From an uncultured Methanosarcinaceae archaeon (GTDB lineage Archaea; Halobacteriota; Methanosarcinia; Methanosarcinales; Methanosarcinaceae), in the NCBI GenBank assembly GCA_963721455.1, contig CAVRJG010000054.1, positions 175,215 to 239,214 of the forward strand: a DNA stretch of 64,000 nucleotides, given 5' to 3'. A program made the position numbers and the translations under genes. Below are positions 33,349-44,985 of the stretch, in pieces; position 1 is the first letter of the stretch; every line of letters starts with the position of its first letter. A model generated the notes under the pieces. That model was not told where the DNA came from and searched no databases. It was given only the letters and a program-made list of their open reading frames with translations.

Positions 33349-33882
33349 ATGGTTCCTTGCATCAAAATCAAGGCTTTGAGTTTTTTCCTTCTCGTTATGC
33401 TTTTGTTTGCCCCGATGGCAGGTGCAGCCTCAAATGCAGGCGATATCCAGAAAGCCGACCTATTTGAAGCCCTTAAGAATTCTACCGCTGAGAATGATCT
33501 CTTTACAGAACTGAGTGCAAAAGCCGAGCTTTATAACCAGAATTTCGATAAAGTTCCCGCAATCCTCAAGAGGCTTGTAGCAAGTGAGGAAATTGCCGGG
33601 AAAATTAAACTTGAGAACGGTGAGATGCTTTACGTGACTTTACTAATGAGAGGAGGAAAAATAGGGGATTTTTACAGATATGACACTCCTAACGATCCGA
33701 ACTCAAAGTTTGGGCCTTCCATAAAAGTGGAAACTGATGAGAAAACCGTAAGAAAAGTGCTTGATTCGAAAGAGCCCTTAAAGGAAGCCGTAAAAAACAT
33801 GAATGACGGCTCTTTAAAGGTTGAGACTGAAGGGTTCTTCCGGGACACCGTGCTCTGGACTTTAAAGCATCTTTATTCATGA
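33349..33882 (+). CDS. secreted hypothetical protein
   Basis: Signal peptide (KIKALSFFLLVMLLFAPMAGA) followed by a globular domain. Confidence 0.7.
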   Translation: MVPCIKIKALSFFLLVMLLFAPMAGAASNAGDIQKADLFEALKNSTAENDLFTELSAKAELYNQNFDKVPAILKRLVASEEIAGKIKLENGEMLYVTLLMRGGKIGDFYRYDTPNDPNSKFGPSIKVETDEKTVRKVLDSKEPLKEAVKNMNDGSLKVETEGFFRDTVLWTLKHLYS

Positions 33883-33978
33883 ACTCAATAAAAAAGATTT
33901 AATTTGAAATGCCCTTCCCTTCTTATTTTTCGGGGAAAGGGTTCTTACCTTATTTTTTTCAGAATTTCAATGTCAGGA

Positions 33979-35172
33979 TCAATGCTTGACAACCTCTCCG
34001 GGATGCGTAGATCTTCCCTTTTCCATTATCACACCGATATTTATACTTGTATTGATACCGGTATGCACGTCATCCCCCATAATCACTCCGAGTTTTCTTC
34101 TGCCCGAGTCAAGAATCCTCCCTTTCATCATTACTTTTATATTTTTCCCGTCATGCCGGAGGTTTGCAACTTTCGTGCCCGCCCCGAAATTACAGCGGCT
34201 CCCGATGATGCTGTCCCCTACATAACTCAGGTGTCCCACATGGGTATCTTGCATAATAATTGAATTCTTGATTTCCACGGCATTTCCTACCCTGGCATGG
34301 TTCCCGATTGCAGTGTAAGGGCGGATGAAGCAGTTAGGCCCTATATCGCAATTTTCTCCTATTACCACAGGGCCTTCAATATAAGAACCGTTCCTGATAA
34401 GGGTGCCTTTTCCAATTACAACCTCACCTTTTATAGTTGCATTCGGTTCTACCGTGCCTTCGCACCTACCCTTAAGGTCTTTCAGGAGGCTTTCATTTGC
34501 TTTCAGAAGGTCCCATGGGTATCCTATATCTATCCACCTGCCTTCAAGGGGGCTGTAGCCTACAGCTGCTCCGCTGTCGATCAACATCTGGATGGAATCC
34601 GTAATCTCTAATTCCTTTCGCACCGATTTCTGAGTCCTGTCAATAAAGTCAAATATGGATTGCCTGAAAAGATATATTCCGGCATTTGCAAGGTTAGTGG
34701 GAGGATTTTTAGGTTTCTCTATTATCCTGATCACTTTATTATTTTCGGTCTCAATAACTCCGAAATCAGAAGGGTTCTCCACCTCTTTTACGCAGATGAC
34801 AACTTCTTCTGTCCTTGAAAGCAGGGCTTTTAAGTCCTCCTGTCCGATAAGCATGTCCCCGTTAAGTACAAGGAATGCCCCCTCTACATGTCCCCTTGCA
34901 TACTCTATTGCATTTGCAGTCCCTAACTGGTCCTTCTGCTGCACGTATTCTATGCTTACTCCCCATCTGCTCCCGTCCCCAAAATACTCTCTGATCTTCT
35001 CTTCCAGATAACCTGTGATGAAGACAAACCCCTCAATGCCTGCTTGTATGGCTGAGTTAAGGATATGTTCGAGTATGGGTTTGTTTGCGACCTGGAGCAT
35101 GACTTTAGGACAGCCAGAAGTCAGAGGCTCCATCCTTGTGCCTTTGCCTGCCACAAGGACAACCGCTTTCAT
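33979..35172 (-). CDS. glmU: bifunctional sugar-1-phosphate nucleotidyltransferase/acetyltransferase
   Basis: [12 protein letters not shown], hexapeptide repeats, HLSYVGDS. Confidence 0.88.
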   Translation of the reverse strand: MKAVVLVAGKGTRMEPLTSGCPKVMLQVANKPILEHILNSAIQAGIEGFVFITGYLEEKIREYFGDGSRWGVSIEYVQQKDQLGTANAIEYARGHVEGAFLVLNGDMLIGQEDLKALLSRTEEVVICVKEVENPSDFGVIETENNKVIRIIEKPKNPPTNLANAGIYLFRQSIFDFIDRTQKSVRKELEITDSIQMLIDSGAAVGYSPLEGRWIDIGYPWDLLKANESLLKDLKGRCEGTVEPNATIKGEVVIGKGTLIRNGSYIEGPVVIGENCDIGPNCFIRPYTAIGNHARVGNAVEIKNSIIMQDTHVGHLSYVGDSIIGSRCNFGAGTKVANLRHDGKNIKVMMKGRILDSGRRKLGVIMGDDVHTGINTSINIGVIMEKGRSTHPGEVVKH

Positions 35173-36473
35173 TTAAGCGCCTCCTTTACTATCTTTTCAG
35201 CCATCTCAAAAATCTCATCAACGTTCTTCCGGGCTTCAGCCGTAATTCTCACTTTTGCCTCTGTGCCCGAGGGGCGGACAAGTACCCAGCCATTTTCCAT
35301 TTCCACGCGGATGCCATCGATATCAAGGACTTTTCCCAGGGGCTCGAGTTTAACCTTTACTTTTTCCATAAACTCTGCCTTTTTTTCGTTTGCACAGGGG
35401 AGAGCCCCTCTTTTTGTGGCATATCTGGGAAGCTCTTCTCGAAGCTCACTTAATTTCTTGTCCTTCACAATCTCAACAAGTCTTGCGGCTGCATAAATCC
35501 CGTCCGGACAGTAGGAAATCTTCGGGAAAATCCAGCTTCCTGAAGGCTCACCTCCGTAGATAGCTCCGCATTGTTTTATGCCTTCTGCGACATAGACGTC
35601 CCCAACCCTTGTCCTCACAATTTCCGAACCCTTAAGGAAATCGTCAACCATCATCGAGGTGTCCACAGGCACGACAACTGTCCCTTTATTGCCTCTGCAT
35701 TCAAAGAGCCCGAAAATTGCAAGCAACTCGTCTCCTGACACGAAATTGCCTTTCTCGTCTACTGCCATCATCCTGTCTGCATCACCATCGTGCGCTATTC
35801 CCAGATCGGCTCCGAAATCCACAACAGCTTTTTTGAGCATGGAAAGGTTTTCATCGGTCGGCTCCGGATTTCTCGCAGGGAAGTGGCCGTCAGGCTGGGC
35901 ATTCAGGGTTATTACCTCACAGCCCAGTTCCTGGAGGAGATAAGGGCTGATCGTCCCTCCTGCCCCGCATCCGCAGTCCAGTACTATTCTCAGACTGGAA
36001 CTTCCGACGAACTTTTTGATCATATTCATATGGGCCCGAATAGCATTCCCGTCTTCTTCGAATTTGCCGATCAGGTTCCAGGGAACTCTGGAAAAGCTCT
36101 TGTCTTCAATAGCTTTTTCAATCTCATCCTGCTGCGCCGAGTCAAAAGCCATGCCGTCAGGATTCCAGAGTTTGATCCCTACATATTCAGAAGGGTTGTG
36201 GGAGGCTGTGACCATTACGCCACATTCGTATTCTCTGGCTGCGTATGCCAGGGTTGGGGTGGTAACAAGGCCTATCTCTGTAACAGCACAGCCTGCTGCG
36301 GTCAGTCCTGCGATCAGGGCATGCTCGATCATCGGGGCCGAAACTCTTGGGTCCCTCCCGATAACTGCAGTCTTTTTCCGGCTTCCCAATACAAGCCCTA
36401 CATTAAGTGCAAGTTCGGGCGTGATTTCTTTGTTTGCTATCCCTCTTATTCCTGAAGATCCGAAGAGTTTCAT
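35169..36473 (-). CDS. glmM: phosphoglucosamine mutase
   Basis: [27 protein letters not shown]; start trimmed to ATG 36473. Confidence 0.92.
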   Translation of the reverse strand: MKLFGSSGIRGIANKEITPELALNVGLVLGSRKKTAVIGRDPRVSAPMIEHALIAGLTAAGCAVTEIGLVTTPTLAYAAREYECGVMVTASHNPSEYVGIKLWNPDGMAFDSAQQDEIEKAIEDKSFSRVPWNLIGKFEEDGNAIRAHMNMIKKFVGSSSLRIVLDCGCGAGGTISPYLLQELGCEVITLNAQPDGHFPARNPEPTDENLSMLKKAVVDFGADLGIAHDGDADRMMAVDEKGNFVSGDELLAIFGLFECRGNKGTVVVPVDTSMMVDDFLKGSEIVRTRVGDVYVAEGIKQCGAIYGGEPSGSWIFPKISYCPDGIYAAARLVEIVKDKKLSELREELPRYATKRGALPCANEKKAEFMEKVKVKLEPLGKVLDIDGIRVEMENGWVLVRPSGTEAKVRITAEARKNVDEIFEMAEKIVKEALK

Positions 36474-36553
36474 ATATCCCACTCCGAAGTTTCCTGAAGT
36501 GTATTTTCTCGAATTCTCTCGAGTTCTCAATTTATAAATATTCAGTTTTTCCA

Positions 36554-38407
36554 TTATTCCACAGTGACGCTTTTCGCAAGGTTGCGTGGTTTATCAATAG
36601 AGCAACCCCGAGCAAGAGCAGTATAGTAAGCAAGCAACTGGAGAACTACAACACTGAGCAGCGGAGAAAGCAGTTCGCTGCTCTGAGGAACCGTGAGGAT
36701 AACGTCTGCATATTTTCCGATCTCTGTGTCTTTGTTATCGGCCACTGCGATAACGATAGCGTCCCTTGCTTTTACTTCTTTTATATTGCTCAGCACCTTT
36801 TCATAAGTCTGCCCTTTTGTCGCAATGACAACCACAGGCGTTCCTTTTTCAAGAAGGGCAATTGGACCGTGCTTAAGCTCGCCTGCGGCAAAACCCTCTG
36901 CATGCAAATATGAAATTTCCTTCAGCTTGAGGGCTCCTTCAAGGGCAATTGGAAAGTTCAGGTGCCTGCCGAGGAAGAAGTAACTCTTTGAGTGAGCAAA
37001 ATTCTCTGCACATTCCTTTATTGCTTCTTTCTGGTTAAGGATCTGCTGAATCTGGCCCGGCACTTTCCGGAGGTCCGTAATGAACCCTTTAACATAATTC
37101 GGGCTTAGTTTGCCTCTGGAGAGGGCAAATTTTACGGCAAGCAGATAGAGAAGTGTAAGCTGGGTACTGAAAGTCTTGGTCGCCGCAACTCCTATCTCGG
37201 GCCCTGCTCTGGTATAGAGCACACTGTTAGCTTCTCTTGTAATGGTGCTTCCTACAACATTTGTGATTGCAAGGGTAGGGCAGTTGTAGGACATGATTTC
37301 CCTCACGGCTGCGAGGGTATCTGCAGTCTCTCCTGACTGGGTGATTGCAATGGCAAGAGTCCCCTCATTCATAACCGGGCTTCTGTACCTGTACTCCGAG
37401 CAGATATCTATGTCGCAGTGAATTCCTGCCAGCTGCTCAAAAAGGTATTTTCCAAGCAGCCCTGCATGCCAGGAAGTTCCGCAAGCCAGGATCTGAACCC
37501 TTGAAAGTTTCCTTATTTCCTCCTCACTCAGGTTCAGTTCTTTGAGATTTATGGTTCCTTCAAGCTCCGAAACCTTGCCTGCGAGGGTATTATGAATTGC
37601 GCTTACCTGCTCGTGAATCTCTTTAAGCATGAAGTGTTCGTAACCGGCTTTTTCAGCAGCTTCAAAGTCCCATTCTATTTTTTCGATCTTCTTTTCCCTG
37701 ACATTTCCCTCTCTGTCAAAGATCTCTACACCAGAAGGAGTCAGAACTGCTGTATCAAAATCGTCTACGAAGATAACATCTCTCGTATAATTCAAAAAAG
37801 CAGTTACATCCGATGCGGCAAAGTTTTCCCCCTTTCCAAGGCCTATAACAAGGGGGCTATCTTTCCTGGCAAGCACGAGTTTTCCAGGTTCATCAGCACT
37901 TAAAATTGCAACAGCGTAAGAGCCCTCAATTTCCTTCAGGGCTTTCCGGAGGCCGGCAAGGAGTTCGCACTTTGCTTCTTTTCCATCGGGCTTTTCGTAT
38001 ATGTGCTTGTACAGAAGATGTGCGATCACTTCTGTATCTGTCTCGGACTTGAATTGATATCCCTCGGAAGTAAGCTGCTCTTTCAATGCCATGTAGTTTT
38101 CGATAATCCCGTTATGCACAACCGAAATCTTACATGGATTTCCAGAGTTGTGCGGGTGGGCATTTTCCGTGCTTGGCCGTCCATGGGTTGCCCAGCGGGT
38201 ATGACCTATTCCTACGTTTCCGCCAATTCCTTTAGGGAGTACGGCTTCGAGGTTTACAATTTTTCCTACTGATTTGTAAGTATCGAGTCCGCTGCCCAGA
38301 ACCGTAATACCAGCAGAGTCATATCCGCGGTACTCGAGCTTTTTGAGTGATTCTATAATGACAGCTGCAGCAGAATTCTCCCCTGCATATCCTACGATTC
38401 CACACAT
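36554..38407 (-). CDS. glmS: glutamine--fructose-6-phosphate aminotransferase
   Basis: MCGIVG N-terminal Cys, [17 protein letters not shown]-terminal [11 protein letters not shown]. Confidence 0.96.
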   Translation of the reverse strand: MCGIVGYAGENSAAAVIIESLKKLEYRGYDSAGITVLGSGLDTYKSVGKIVNLEAVLPKGIGGNVGIGHTRWATHGRPSTENAHPHNSGNPCKISVVHNGIIENYMALKEQLTSEGYQFKSETDTEVIAHLLYKHIYEKPDGKEAKCELLAGLRKALKEIEGSYAVAILSADEPGKLVLARKDSPLVIGLGKGENFAASDVTAFLNYTRDVIFVDDFDTAVLTPSGVEIFDREGNVREKKIEKIEWDFEAAEKAGYEHFMLKEIHEQVSAIHNTLAGKVSELEGTINLKELNLSEEEIRKLSRVQILACGTSWHAGLLGKYLFEQLAGIHCDIDICSEYRYRSPVMNEGTLAIAITQSGETADTLAAVREIMSYNCPTLAITNVVGSTITREANSVLYTRAGPEIGVAATKTFSTQLTLLYLLAVKFALSRGKLSPNYVKGFITDLRKVPGQIQQILNQKEAIKECAENFAHSKSYFFLGRHLNFPIALEGALKLKEISYLHAEGFAAGELKHGPIALLEKGTPVVVIATKGQTYEKVLSNIKEVKARDAIVIAVADNKDTEIGKYADVILTVPQSSELLSPLLSVVVLQLLAYYTALARGCSIDKPRNLAKSVTVE

Positions 38408-38426
38408 TTTTTCACCCATTTTGAGA

Positions 38427-39644
38427 TTAAAGGACCACAGAATGACGGGACAGGTCCCTGTATATGGTATTCCCAGATTCCACCTGGCAGTCGACAGCTA
38501 CCGTTACTCCAGCTTTCATAAGTACGCTGTTTCCGATCCGGTTATCGTCTCCAAAGATAGTACCGAGTTTGGGGGCTCGATGAAGAATTCCATTCATAAT
38601 GATCGACATGCCTTCTTTTTCTTCAACAAAGAAACCTGAGCCAATTGTATTATTGCTTCCGATTATGGAATTGGAGATCTGCCCATGCGAGTATATCCTG
38701 CAGTCGTTCATTATTATACTGTTCTGGATCTCGGTAAATGACCTGATCGATACATTGTCTCCTATTGTTGTGGAGGGCAGGAGAACAACATTGGGACCAA
38801 TGTCGCAATTGTCTCCTATGACGACAGGACCTACAATGTAGGTTCCCGAACGAATCCTGGTATTTTTCCCTATTGCCACCTTTCCCCGAATTACAACTCC
38901 TTCTTCCACTTCTCCTTCAAGCTTCAGATTCCTGGCGGAATTTAACACTATAGCATTTGCTTTTAACAGATCCCAGGCATGTACAGCATCCAGCCATTTT
39001 GATTCTGTCGGGACGGAAGTAACTGTTTTTCCCTCGTCTATCATAAGCTGCAGAGTATCAGTTATTGCATACTCTCCATTTTCGGATATCGGGGTCTTTT
39101 CGATGGTTTCAAAGACCTGCGGTGTAAAAATGTAAATTCCGGTATTTACAATACGGCTCAGGTCTCCAGGCCTTTTTTCCAAAATCCTTGTAACTCTATT
39201 TCTTTCTTTAAGAACCACGCCGTAACCTGCCGTATCTTCCATCCTTACTGTTAGAAGGCTAGCGTCCCCTTCATAATTATTAAGAAGATCCGCTATGGTT
39301 TTCGGTTCCACAAGGTTGTCTCCGTTCAGCACTAGAAATTCAGAGTCTTCGGGGTCGATCAATTTCTTTGCCTGTTCGATTGCATGTGCGGTGCCAAGCT
39401 GAGCTTTCTGTTCTACGTATTTTATCTTTACTCCGAAGTTCAGCCCGTCTTCAAAATAGTCCATTATTCGTTCTTTTTCATATCCGACAATCAATATAAT
39501 CTCGGTTATTCCATTTTTTTCAAGCGAACCTATGACATGCTCCAGAATGGGCCTGTTGGCGATAGGAAGCATTACTTTTGAACGAGTCAGAGTAAGAGGT
39601 CTGCAGCGCAGCCCTTCTCCTGCTGCAAGGATAATAGCTTTCAT
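38427..39644 (-). CDS. second GlmU-like nucleotidyltransferase/acetyltransferase
   Basis: LAAGEGLR motif plus hexapeptide repeats; first gene of the glm operon. Confidence 0.85.
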   Translation of the reverse strand: MKAIILAAGEGLRCRPLTLTRSKVMLPIANRPILEHVIGSLEKNGITEIILIVGYEKERIMDYFEDGLNFGVKIKYVEQKAQLGTAHAIEQAKKLIDPEDSEFLVLNGDNLVEPKTIADLLNNYEGDASLLTVRMEDTAGYGVVLKERNRVTRILEKRPGDLSRIVNTGIYIFTPQVFETIEKTPISENGEYAITDTLQLMIDEGKTVTSVPTESKWLDAVHAWDLLKANAIVLNSARNLKLEGEVEEGVVIRGKVAIGKNTRIRSGTYIVGPVVIGDNCDIGPNVVLLPSTTIGDNVSIRSFTEIQNSIIMNDCRIYSHGQISNSIIGSNNTIGSGFFVEEKEGMSIIMNGILHRAPKLGTIFGDDNRIGNSVLMKAGVTVAVDCQVESGNTIYRDLSRHSVVL

Positions 39645-40986
39645 AGATTTAAAGAACCTTTTTTAGAATTTATACATTACCTTCAAAAGTCTCAGCCGGA
39701 CAATTTGATCTAAATATATGTAGGATGTTATGCGTGTATAAGGGATAGCCAACAATAAAAAAGTAATCTCTGTATAATTCAGAAATCAGTTTATCCATAC
39801 AAGGTAAACAGCTCAGAACATAAGCCGGATAAGCTCCGAAATTACGTTTCCCTCCTACTTTTCCAGCTTTTTTCCAGCAAATCCGAAGACTATGAGGACA
39901 GAAGTATTAGAAGCCAAATGAAAATCGTATTATTCAAGCCTTTTCGAGACTGGAAGCTTGCGGACCTGAGCCCTAGCTCAGGAAAGAAGACATGCACTTT
40001 AGATATTTGTATACAGTTCCCATCTGATGGAATTCTATTTCAGGTCGTATCTTTTACAGGGCATCTCTATTCTTTTTGGAGAGTCTAAAAAGGTATTTAT
40101 TTTATAACTCAGAGAGGTATTTCCTGCTTTTTATGCCTTATACGTCTTAACAATTGAAGTTAGGGCAACTTCTTAAAGATTGATTTATGTCGAGATTTTG
40201 ATTAACTGTTGAACATTTAAGATGTAGTTGCGGCAACTCCCAGAAAACATTAATATAATTATTAGAGTCTTACTGAGTACTTCATAGCTTTATGTAAAGC
40301 CGCCAAGTAAAAAAATTTAAATAGTGTTGGCGCATTTAAACATGTTTATTTTTTAAATAAAAATTTTGTACTTCAAGAATTATAATACCAGTTCAGATAT
40401 ACGGATTCCTTAGCAAATGCGCTTAATAGTCAATACCAAAATTAGTTGATTAACTTCAAACGAAGGTCAACTACCGCAAGTACGGAGAAGTTATGCCCGC
40501 GTTTCCTTTATTCCGGGTTGTAGGTGCTTTGCACGGTTGTAGAGTCTTGAGTAAATTAAGTGTAAATATTTACGTCCGAAACTATAGTTATCTTCAATTG
40601 TGGAAAGGTCCGCCGCCATTTCTGAAGGAAGCTATTACAGTTGCACTTTCTGGAAGAATATCCCTATAAATTATTATCAGGACGCTGGTAACTTGCGGGA
40701 AGCCTATTTACTCACTTGTTTTTATTCCGCCGCAGCTTCGGCCTGTTCTGGAAGGATGCTTTTAAGGCCAATCCTGAAAACCCGCATTCATATATTCGAT
40801 TTCTCTCATGATGCCTTATAAAAACGCTGGAAAATTATAACATATTTATATATTTTCTCCGCTTTTGTTTTCGGGGACTTTATAAAAAGTTGAAACACAA
40901 GAAGTTATAACTAGTGTCGAGTCAACAATAAAATGTCGTAAATTTTATATTGTATATTATTCATAAAGAATCCTAGATGATTACTT

Positions 40987-41460
40987 ATGAATAGATACAC
41001 TGTGACACTTACCAAAGATGAACGTGAAGCTCTTTGTGAACTTACCTCAAAGGGCAAACATAACTCACAAAAAATCCTCAATGCTCTGATCTTACTTAAT
41101 TGTGATAAAAGTGAATGGAATGTTAACCATTCAACCAATGAAGAAATCTCACGTATCCTGAATATTAGTATGAGAAAAATTGACCGTGTTAAAAAACGAT
41201 TTGTTGAAGAAGGTCTTGAAGTTGCTCTCAACGGGGAAAAAAGAGATCGTATTTATGCTAAAAAAGTTGATGGTGATTTTGAAGCCCATTTAGTTGCCCT
41301 TAGTTGCAGTGAACCCCCTGAAGGTTTTGCAAGGTGGTCTTTGAGATTGTTAGCTGATCAGGCTGTAGAGCTTGGCTATATCGAGAATATTTCTCATGAA
41401 ACAGTTCGTCGTACTTTAGAAAAAACGAAATCAAACCATGGCAAAGGAAAGGATGGGTAA
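40987..41460 (+). CDS. IS630 transposase OrfA (HTH domain)
   Basis: KRFVEEGLE...PPEGFARWSLRLLA...ISHETVRRTL. Confidence 0.88.
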   Translation: MNRYTVTLTKDEREALCELTSKGKHNSQKILNALILLNCDKSEWNVNHSTNEEISRILNISMRKIDRVKKRFVEEGLEVALNGEKRDRIYAKKVDGDFEAHLVALSCSEPPEGFARWSLRLLADQAVELGYIENISHETVRRTLEKTKSNHGKGKDG

Positions 41461-41495
41461 TTCCCCCGGAACAAAACAGTAGCTTTGTTGCAAAT

Positions 41496-42115
41496 ATGGA
41501 AATGGTTCTGGATGTTTATAAGCGTCCATTTGATCCACGAAATCCTGTTATATGTATGGACGAATCCCCAAAACAACTGATTGCAGAAACCAGGATTCCT
41601 GTTCCCGGTTCACCGGGGAAACCAGCCAGATATGATTATGAATACAAACGTTGTGGAATGTGCAATATATTCCTTGCCTGTGAACCATTGGCAGGAAAAC
41701 GAATGGTGAAAATTACTGAAAGAAAAACCAAGCGAGATTGGGCTTGTTTTCTGGAAGAAATTGCACTTCAACAGGAAAACACAGATAAAATTACACTGGT
41801 AATGGACAATCTAAACACGCATATTCCAGGATCTCTCTATGAAGTATTTCCACCAGCGAAGGCAAAGGCATTGTGGATAGGTTTGAGTTTGTGTACACCC
41901 CAAAACATGGAAGCTGGCTGAATATGGCAGAGATTGAATTGAATGTACTTACAGGTCAATGTTTAAAAAGGAGAATGGATAACATCGAGGCTGTTAGGAA
42001 AGAAGTATTAGCCTGGCAAAAGTTCAGAAACAACAAAAATGCAAAGGTTAATTGGCAATTCACAGACAGAAGATGCAAGGATAAAATTATCACGTCAAAT
42101 TTATCAGACACTAGA
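41496..42115 (+). pseudogene. IS630 transposase OrfB (DDE domain), frameshifted
   Basis: CMDESPKQ, VMDNLNTH, then YTPKHGSWLNMAEIE in a different frame. Confidence 0.85.
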
Positions 42116-42212
42116 TGGATTGACGCGACACTAGTATCGATAGTAAATTTAGGCAATATATCAAAAAGATCATTAATGGGGTCAAAGGGTCGCTATTATT
42201 CTGGGGATTTAA

Positions 42213-43133
42213 ATGAAATTTTTTGTTATTGTGCTTTTGCTGCTCGCAGCCTCGCTTCTGGGAAGTGGCTGTACGGAAAATGTTCCGGACGAACAAAATT
42301 CTGCACAGGCTCAGGGAACAGTTGTAATAGGAACAAAACTATTTCAGGAGTCCTATATTACCGCTCATATGATTTCACTTTTGCTTGAAGAGAAAGGATA
42401 CAAAACGGAGGTAAAAGAAAATCTTGGGGGCACGCTTGTAAATTATGAAGCCCTGAAAAAAGGGGATATTCAGGCCTATGTTGAGTACACAGGGACCATA
42501 TATAGCCAGATTTTAAAAAGGCCGCCCCTTGAGAAATGGGATCCTGAGATAGTGTACAATGAGTCCGAAAAGGGTATGCTTGATAGGGACGGGATTGTAA
42601 TTGCAGCTCGCCTGGGCTTTGAGGACGCCTATGCCATAGCCATTGACAGGAACTGGGCTGAGGCTCACGGAGTTACCAGGATTAGCGACCTTACCCCTTA
42701 TGCACCTGATATGATAATGGGAACTGATCCCGAATTTGCTACAAGAGAAGACGGGCTTCCACAGATAACCAGGGTCTATGGATTCACATTTAAGAACTAT
42801 AATTCTATGGCTCCAGGTATCATGTATGAAGCCATCAAGAATAAAGAGGTAGATGCGATCAGTGCCTATACTACAGACACCCGCAACGACCTTTACGGGC
42901 TAAAAGTACTTGAAGACGACAAGAACGCACTTCCTCCCTATGATGCGGTTGTTCTTGTTTCTAAGGACTTTGCGCAAAAAAACCCGAAGGCTATGGAAGC
43001 CCTGGCACAGCTTAATGGCAGGATTGATCAGGACACTATGAGACGCCTCAATTCGGAATACGATCTCAATGGGAGAGAAGCAAGAGATATTGCCCACGAC
43101 TTCCTGGTAGAAGAGGGTTTGGTTTCGGCCTGA
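42213..43133 (+). CDS. glycine betaine/choline ABC transporter substrate-binding lipoprotein (OpuBC/OsmF type)
   Basis: Lipobox GSGC, YVEYTGT, DPEFATREDG, LEDDKNALPPYDA. Confidence 0.88.
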   Translation: MKFFVIVLLLLAASLLGSGCTENVPDEQNSAQAQGTVVIGTKLFQESYITAHMISLLLEEKGYKTEVKENLGGTLVNYEALKKGDIQAYVEYTGTIYSQILKRPPLEKWDPEIVYNESEKGMLDRDGIVIAARLGFEDAYAIAIDRNWAEAHGVTRISDLTPYAPDMIMGTDPEFATREDGLPQITRVYGFTFKNYNSMAPGIMYEAIKNKEVDAISAYTTDTRNDLYGLKVLEDDKNALPPYDAVVLVSKDFAQKNPKAMEALAQLNGRIDQDTMRRLNSEYDLNGREARDIAHDFLVEEGLVSA

Positions 43134-43158
43134 GCCCTTTCCGGCCTGAATAAGGCGT

Positions 43159-44292
43159 ATGCACATGATATCCAGAAAACTTTTTGACCGGATTGAATCC
43201 GTCCGGCTTGAAAATGTCACAAAGAAGTATGGAGAGAATTTTGCCGTCAAAAACCTGAACCTTGAGATTCAGGGGGGAGAGCTCCTCATTCTTATTGGGA
43301 AAAGCGGTTCCGGAAAGACAACTGCCCTGCGGATGATTAACCGCTTGATAGAGCCTGATTCGGGAAGTATCTCAGTAAATGGGATAGATGTGAGTGAGTT
43401 TGACCCGATCCGGCTCAGGCGGAATATCGGCTATGTAATTCAGAACATCGGGCTTCTCCCTCACCTGAGGGTCTCAGGGAACATAGGGCTCATTCTGAAA
43501 CTTGAGGGCTGGAAGGAAGACAAAATTCGGGAGAGGGTACAGGATCTGCTAAATCTCGTCTCTCTACCTCCGCAGATTTTTATGGACCGGTATCCTCACG
43601 AGCTGAGCGGAGGTCAGCAGCAGAGGGTCGGGCTTGCCAGAGCTATGGCCATGAATCCGCCGCTATTTCTGATGGATGAACCCTTTGGGGCGCTTGATCC
43701 GCTCCTTCGGGCGCAGCTCCAGGATGAGTTTTACAAGATCAAAAAGGAACTTGGAAGAACCATTGTCTTCGTTACGCATGACATCAACGAAGCTTTCAGG
43801 CTTGGCGACAGAATTGCGATCATGGATAACGCCGAACTTGTCCAGGTGGGAACGCCTGAAGAACTGATATTCTCGCCTGCCAGTGACCTCGTTGCCCAGA
43901 TTGTTGACTCAAAAAGAAAATACAGGCATATCGATGCTCTGAAGGTGAGGGATATGGTGCAGCCCCTTGACAAAAGATACATTCTTGATCCCGGCCTGCC
44001 TGCAGCGTCAGCCCTTGACCGTATGTCCAGGGAAGGGCTTGAAATTGCTATTGTTTTCAGGAACCCGGAGAGTGCAGGGCGCGTCTACTTAAACGATGTC
44101 CTGAAAGCCGCATCCTCGGGAAAAAGCCTTAAAGAAATCTCAAAGCCTCTGCCATCATTTTCTCCTGAAACTTCACTTCTAGAGGCCCTCGCACGACTCA
44201 AGGCAGAGGAGGAATTAATAGGGCTTGTCCTTGAAGGTAATGAACCTCCGAAAATCCTGTTTTCGGACAGGGTTCTCCAGAATCTGATTTAA
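43159..44292 (+). CDS. osmoprotectant ABC transporter ATP-binding subunit with CBS-like tail
   Basis: GKSGSGKT, LSGGQQQR, MDEPFGALDP, VTHD. Confidence 0.9.
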   Translation: MHMISRKLFDRIESVRLENVTKKYGENFAVKNLNLEIQGGELLILIGKSGSGKTTALRMINRLIEPDSGSISVNGIDVSEFDPIRLRRNIGYVIQNIGLLPHLRVSGNIGLILKLEGWKEDKIRERVQDLLNLVSLPPQIFMDRYPHELSGGQQQRVGLARAMAMNPPLFLMDEPFGALDPLLRAQLQDEFYKIKKELGRTIVFVTHDINEAFRLGDRIAIMDNAELVQVGTPEELIFSPASDLVAQIVDSKRKYRHIDALKVRDMVQPLDKRYILDPGLPAASALDRMSREGLEIAIVFRNPESAGRVYLNDVLKAASSGKSLKEISKPLPSFSPETSLLEALARLKAEEELIGLVLEGNEPPKILFSDRVLQNLI

Positions 44293-44382
44293 GCTTGACC
44301 TTGAGTCTGGAAAGGTGATCAACTGACAATTCGGGGCTTTAATGAAGTTTTTGCGGAAATCACGAGGGTCTGGACCTCTCAA

Positions 44383-44985
44383 TTGCTCTCTTTGCGTACA
44401 CTTGAGCATCTGTATATGTTTGCGATTGCTCTTTTCTTCTCTATTCTTGTCGGCGTGCTTGTAGGAGTTTTGACCTACAGGAACCAGAGACTTGCAGATT
44501 CGGTCCTTAACGGCTTAAATATCGTAGAGACGATTCCTGATGTTGCGCTCCTCGTGCTCCTGCTTCCGGTATTCGGAATAGGGGCAGAGCCAACAATTGT
44601 GGCGTCAATCCTCTATTCCATCCTTCCGATTGCCCGGAATACCCATACAGGCCTTTCTAACGTGCCCAGGGAATACATTGAAATTGCGGAGGCTCTGGGG
44701 CTGACACAACGGGAAGTTCTGTTTAAAGTCCGTTTCCCTTTATCTCTTCCTCTAATTGCCGGAGGCATCAGGATTGCAGTGGTGTTTACAATGGGAGTCG
44801 TAACTCTCGGAGGGCTGATTGCTGCAGGCGGCCTTGGAGCAGCCCTTCAAAACGGAATCCAGCTCTATGATATGGGAACAATCCTTGTGACAGGCGCCTG
44901 GGTAGGGCTGCTTGCGGTATTTCTGGACGGGATTGCAGGTATGGTAGAAAACATTCTTAAAGCGAGGTACGGGAAATGGTCTTAG
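44383..44985 (+). CDS. osmoprotectant ABC transporter permease
   Basis: Hydrophobic, EAA-type loop EIAEALGLT, IAAGGLG. Confidence 0.88.
   Translation: MLSLRTLEHLYMFAIALFFSILVGVLVGVLTYRNQRLADSVLNGLNIVETIPDVALLVLLLPVFGIGAEPTIVASILYSILPIARNTHTGLSNVPREYIEIAEALGLTQREVLFKVRFPLSLPLIAGGIRIAVVFTMGVVTLGGLIAAGGLGAALQNGIQLYDMGTILVTGAWVGLLAVFLDGIAGMVENILKARYGKWS

Larger units (their letters stand above)
40912..42133 (+). mobile_element. IS630-family insertion sequence with a degraded transposase
   Basis: Ends TAGTGTCGAGTCAA / TTGACGCGACACTA (13/14 inverted match), both in CTAG context. orfA (HTH) and orfB (MDE...DNL...EIE DDE triad) are joined by a -1 shift at GAAAAAAC; extra indels near 41876 and 42066. 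Confidence 0.92.

Noticed and set aside
33979-39644. Two glmU-like genes in one operon as a novelty
   Set aside because: This arrangement around glmS/glmM is familiar in euryarchaea.
41405-41440. orfA/orfB split of the first IS630 as damage
   Set aside because: It matches the normal programmed -1 frameshift at an A-run in two-ORF IS630 elements.
41873-42388. 171-aa ORF extending from the IS into the ABC gene
   Set aside because: Chimeric product of frameshifts in the transposase tail reading through the IS end.
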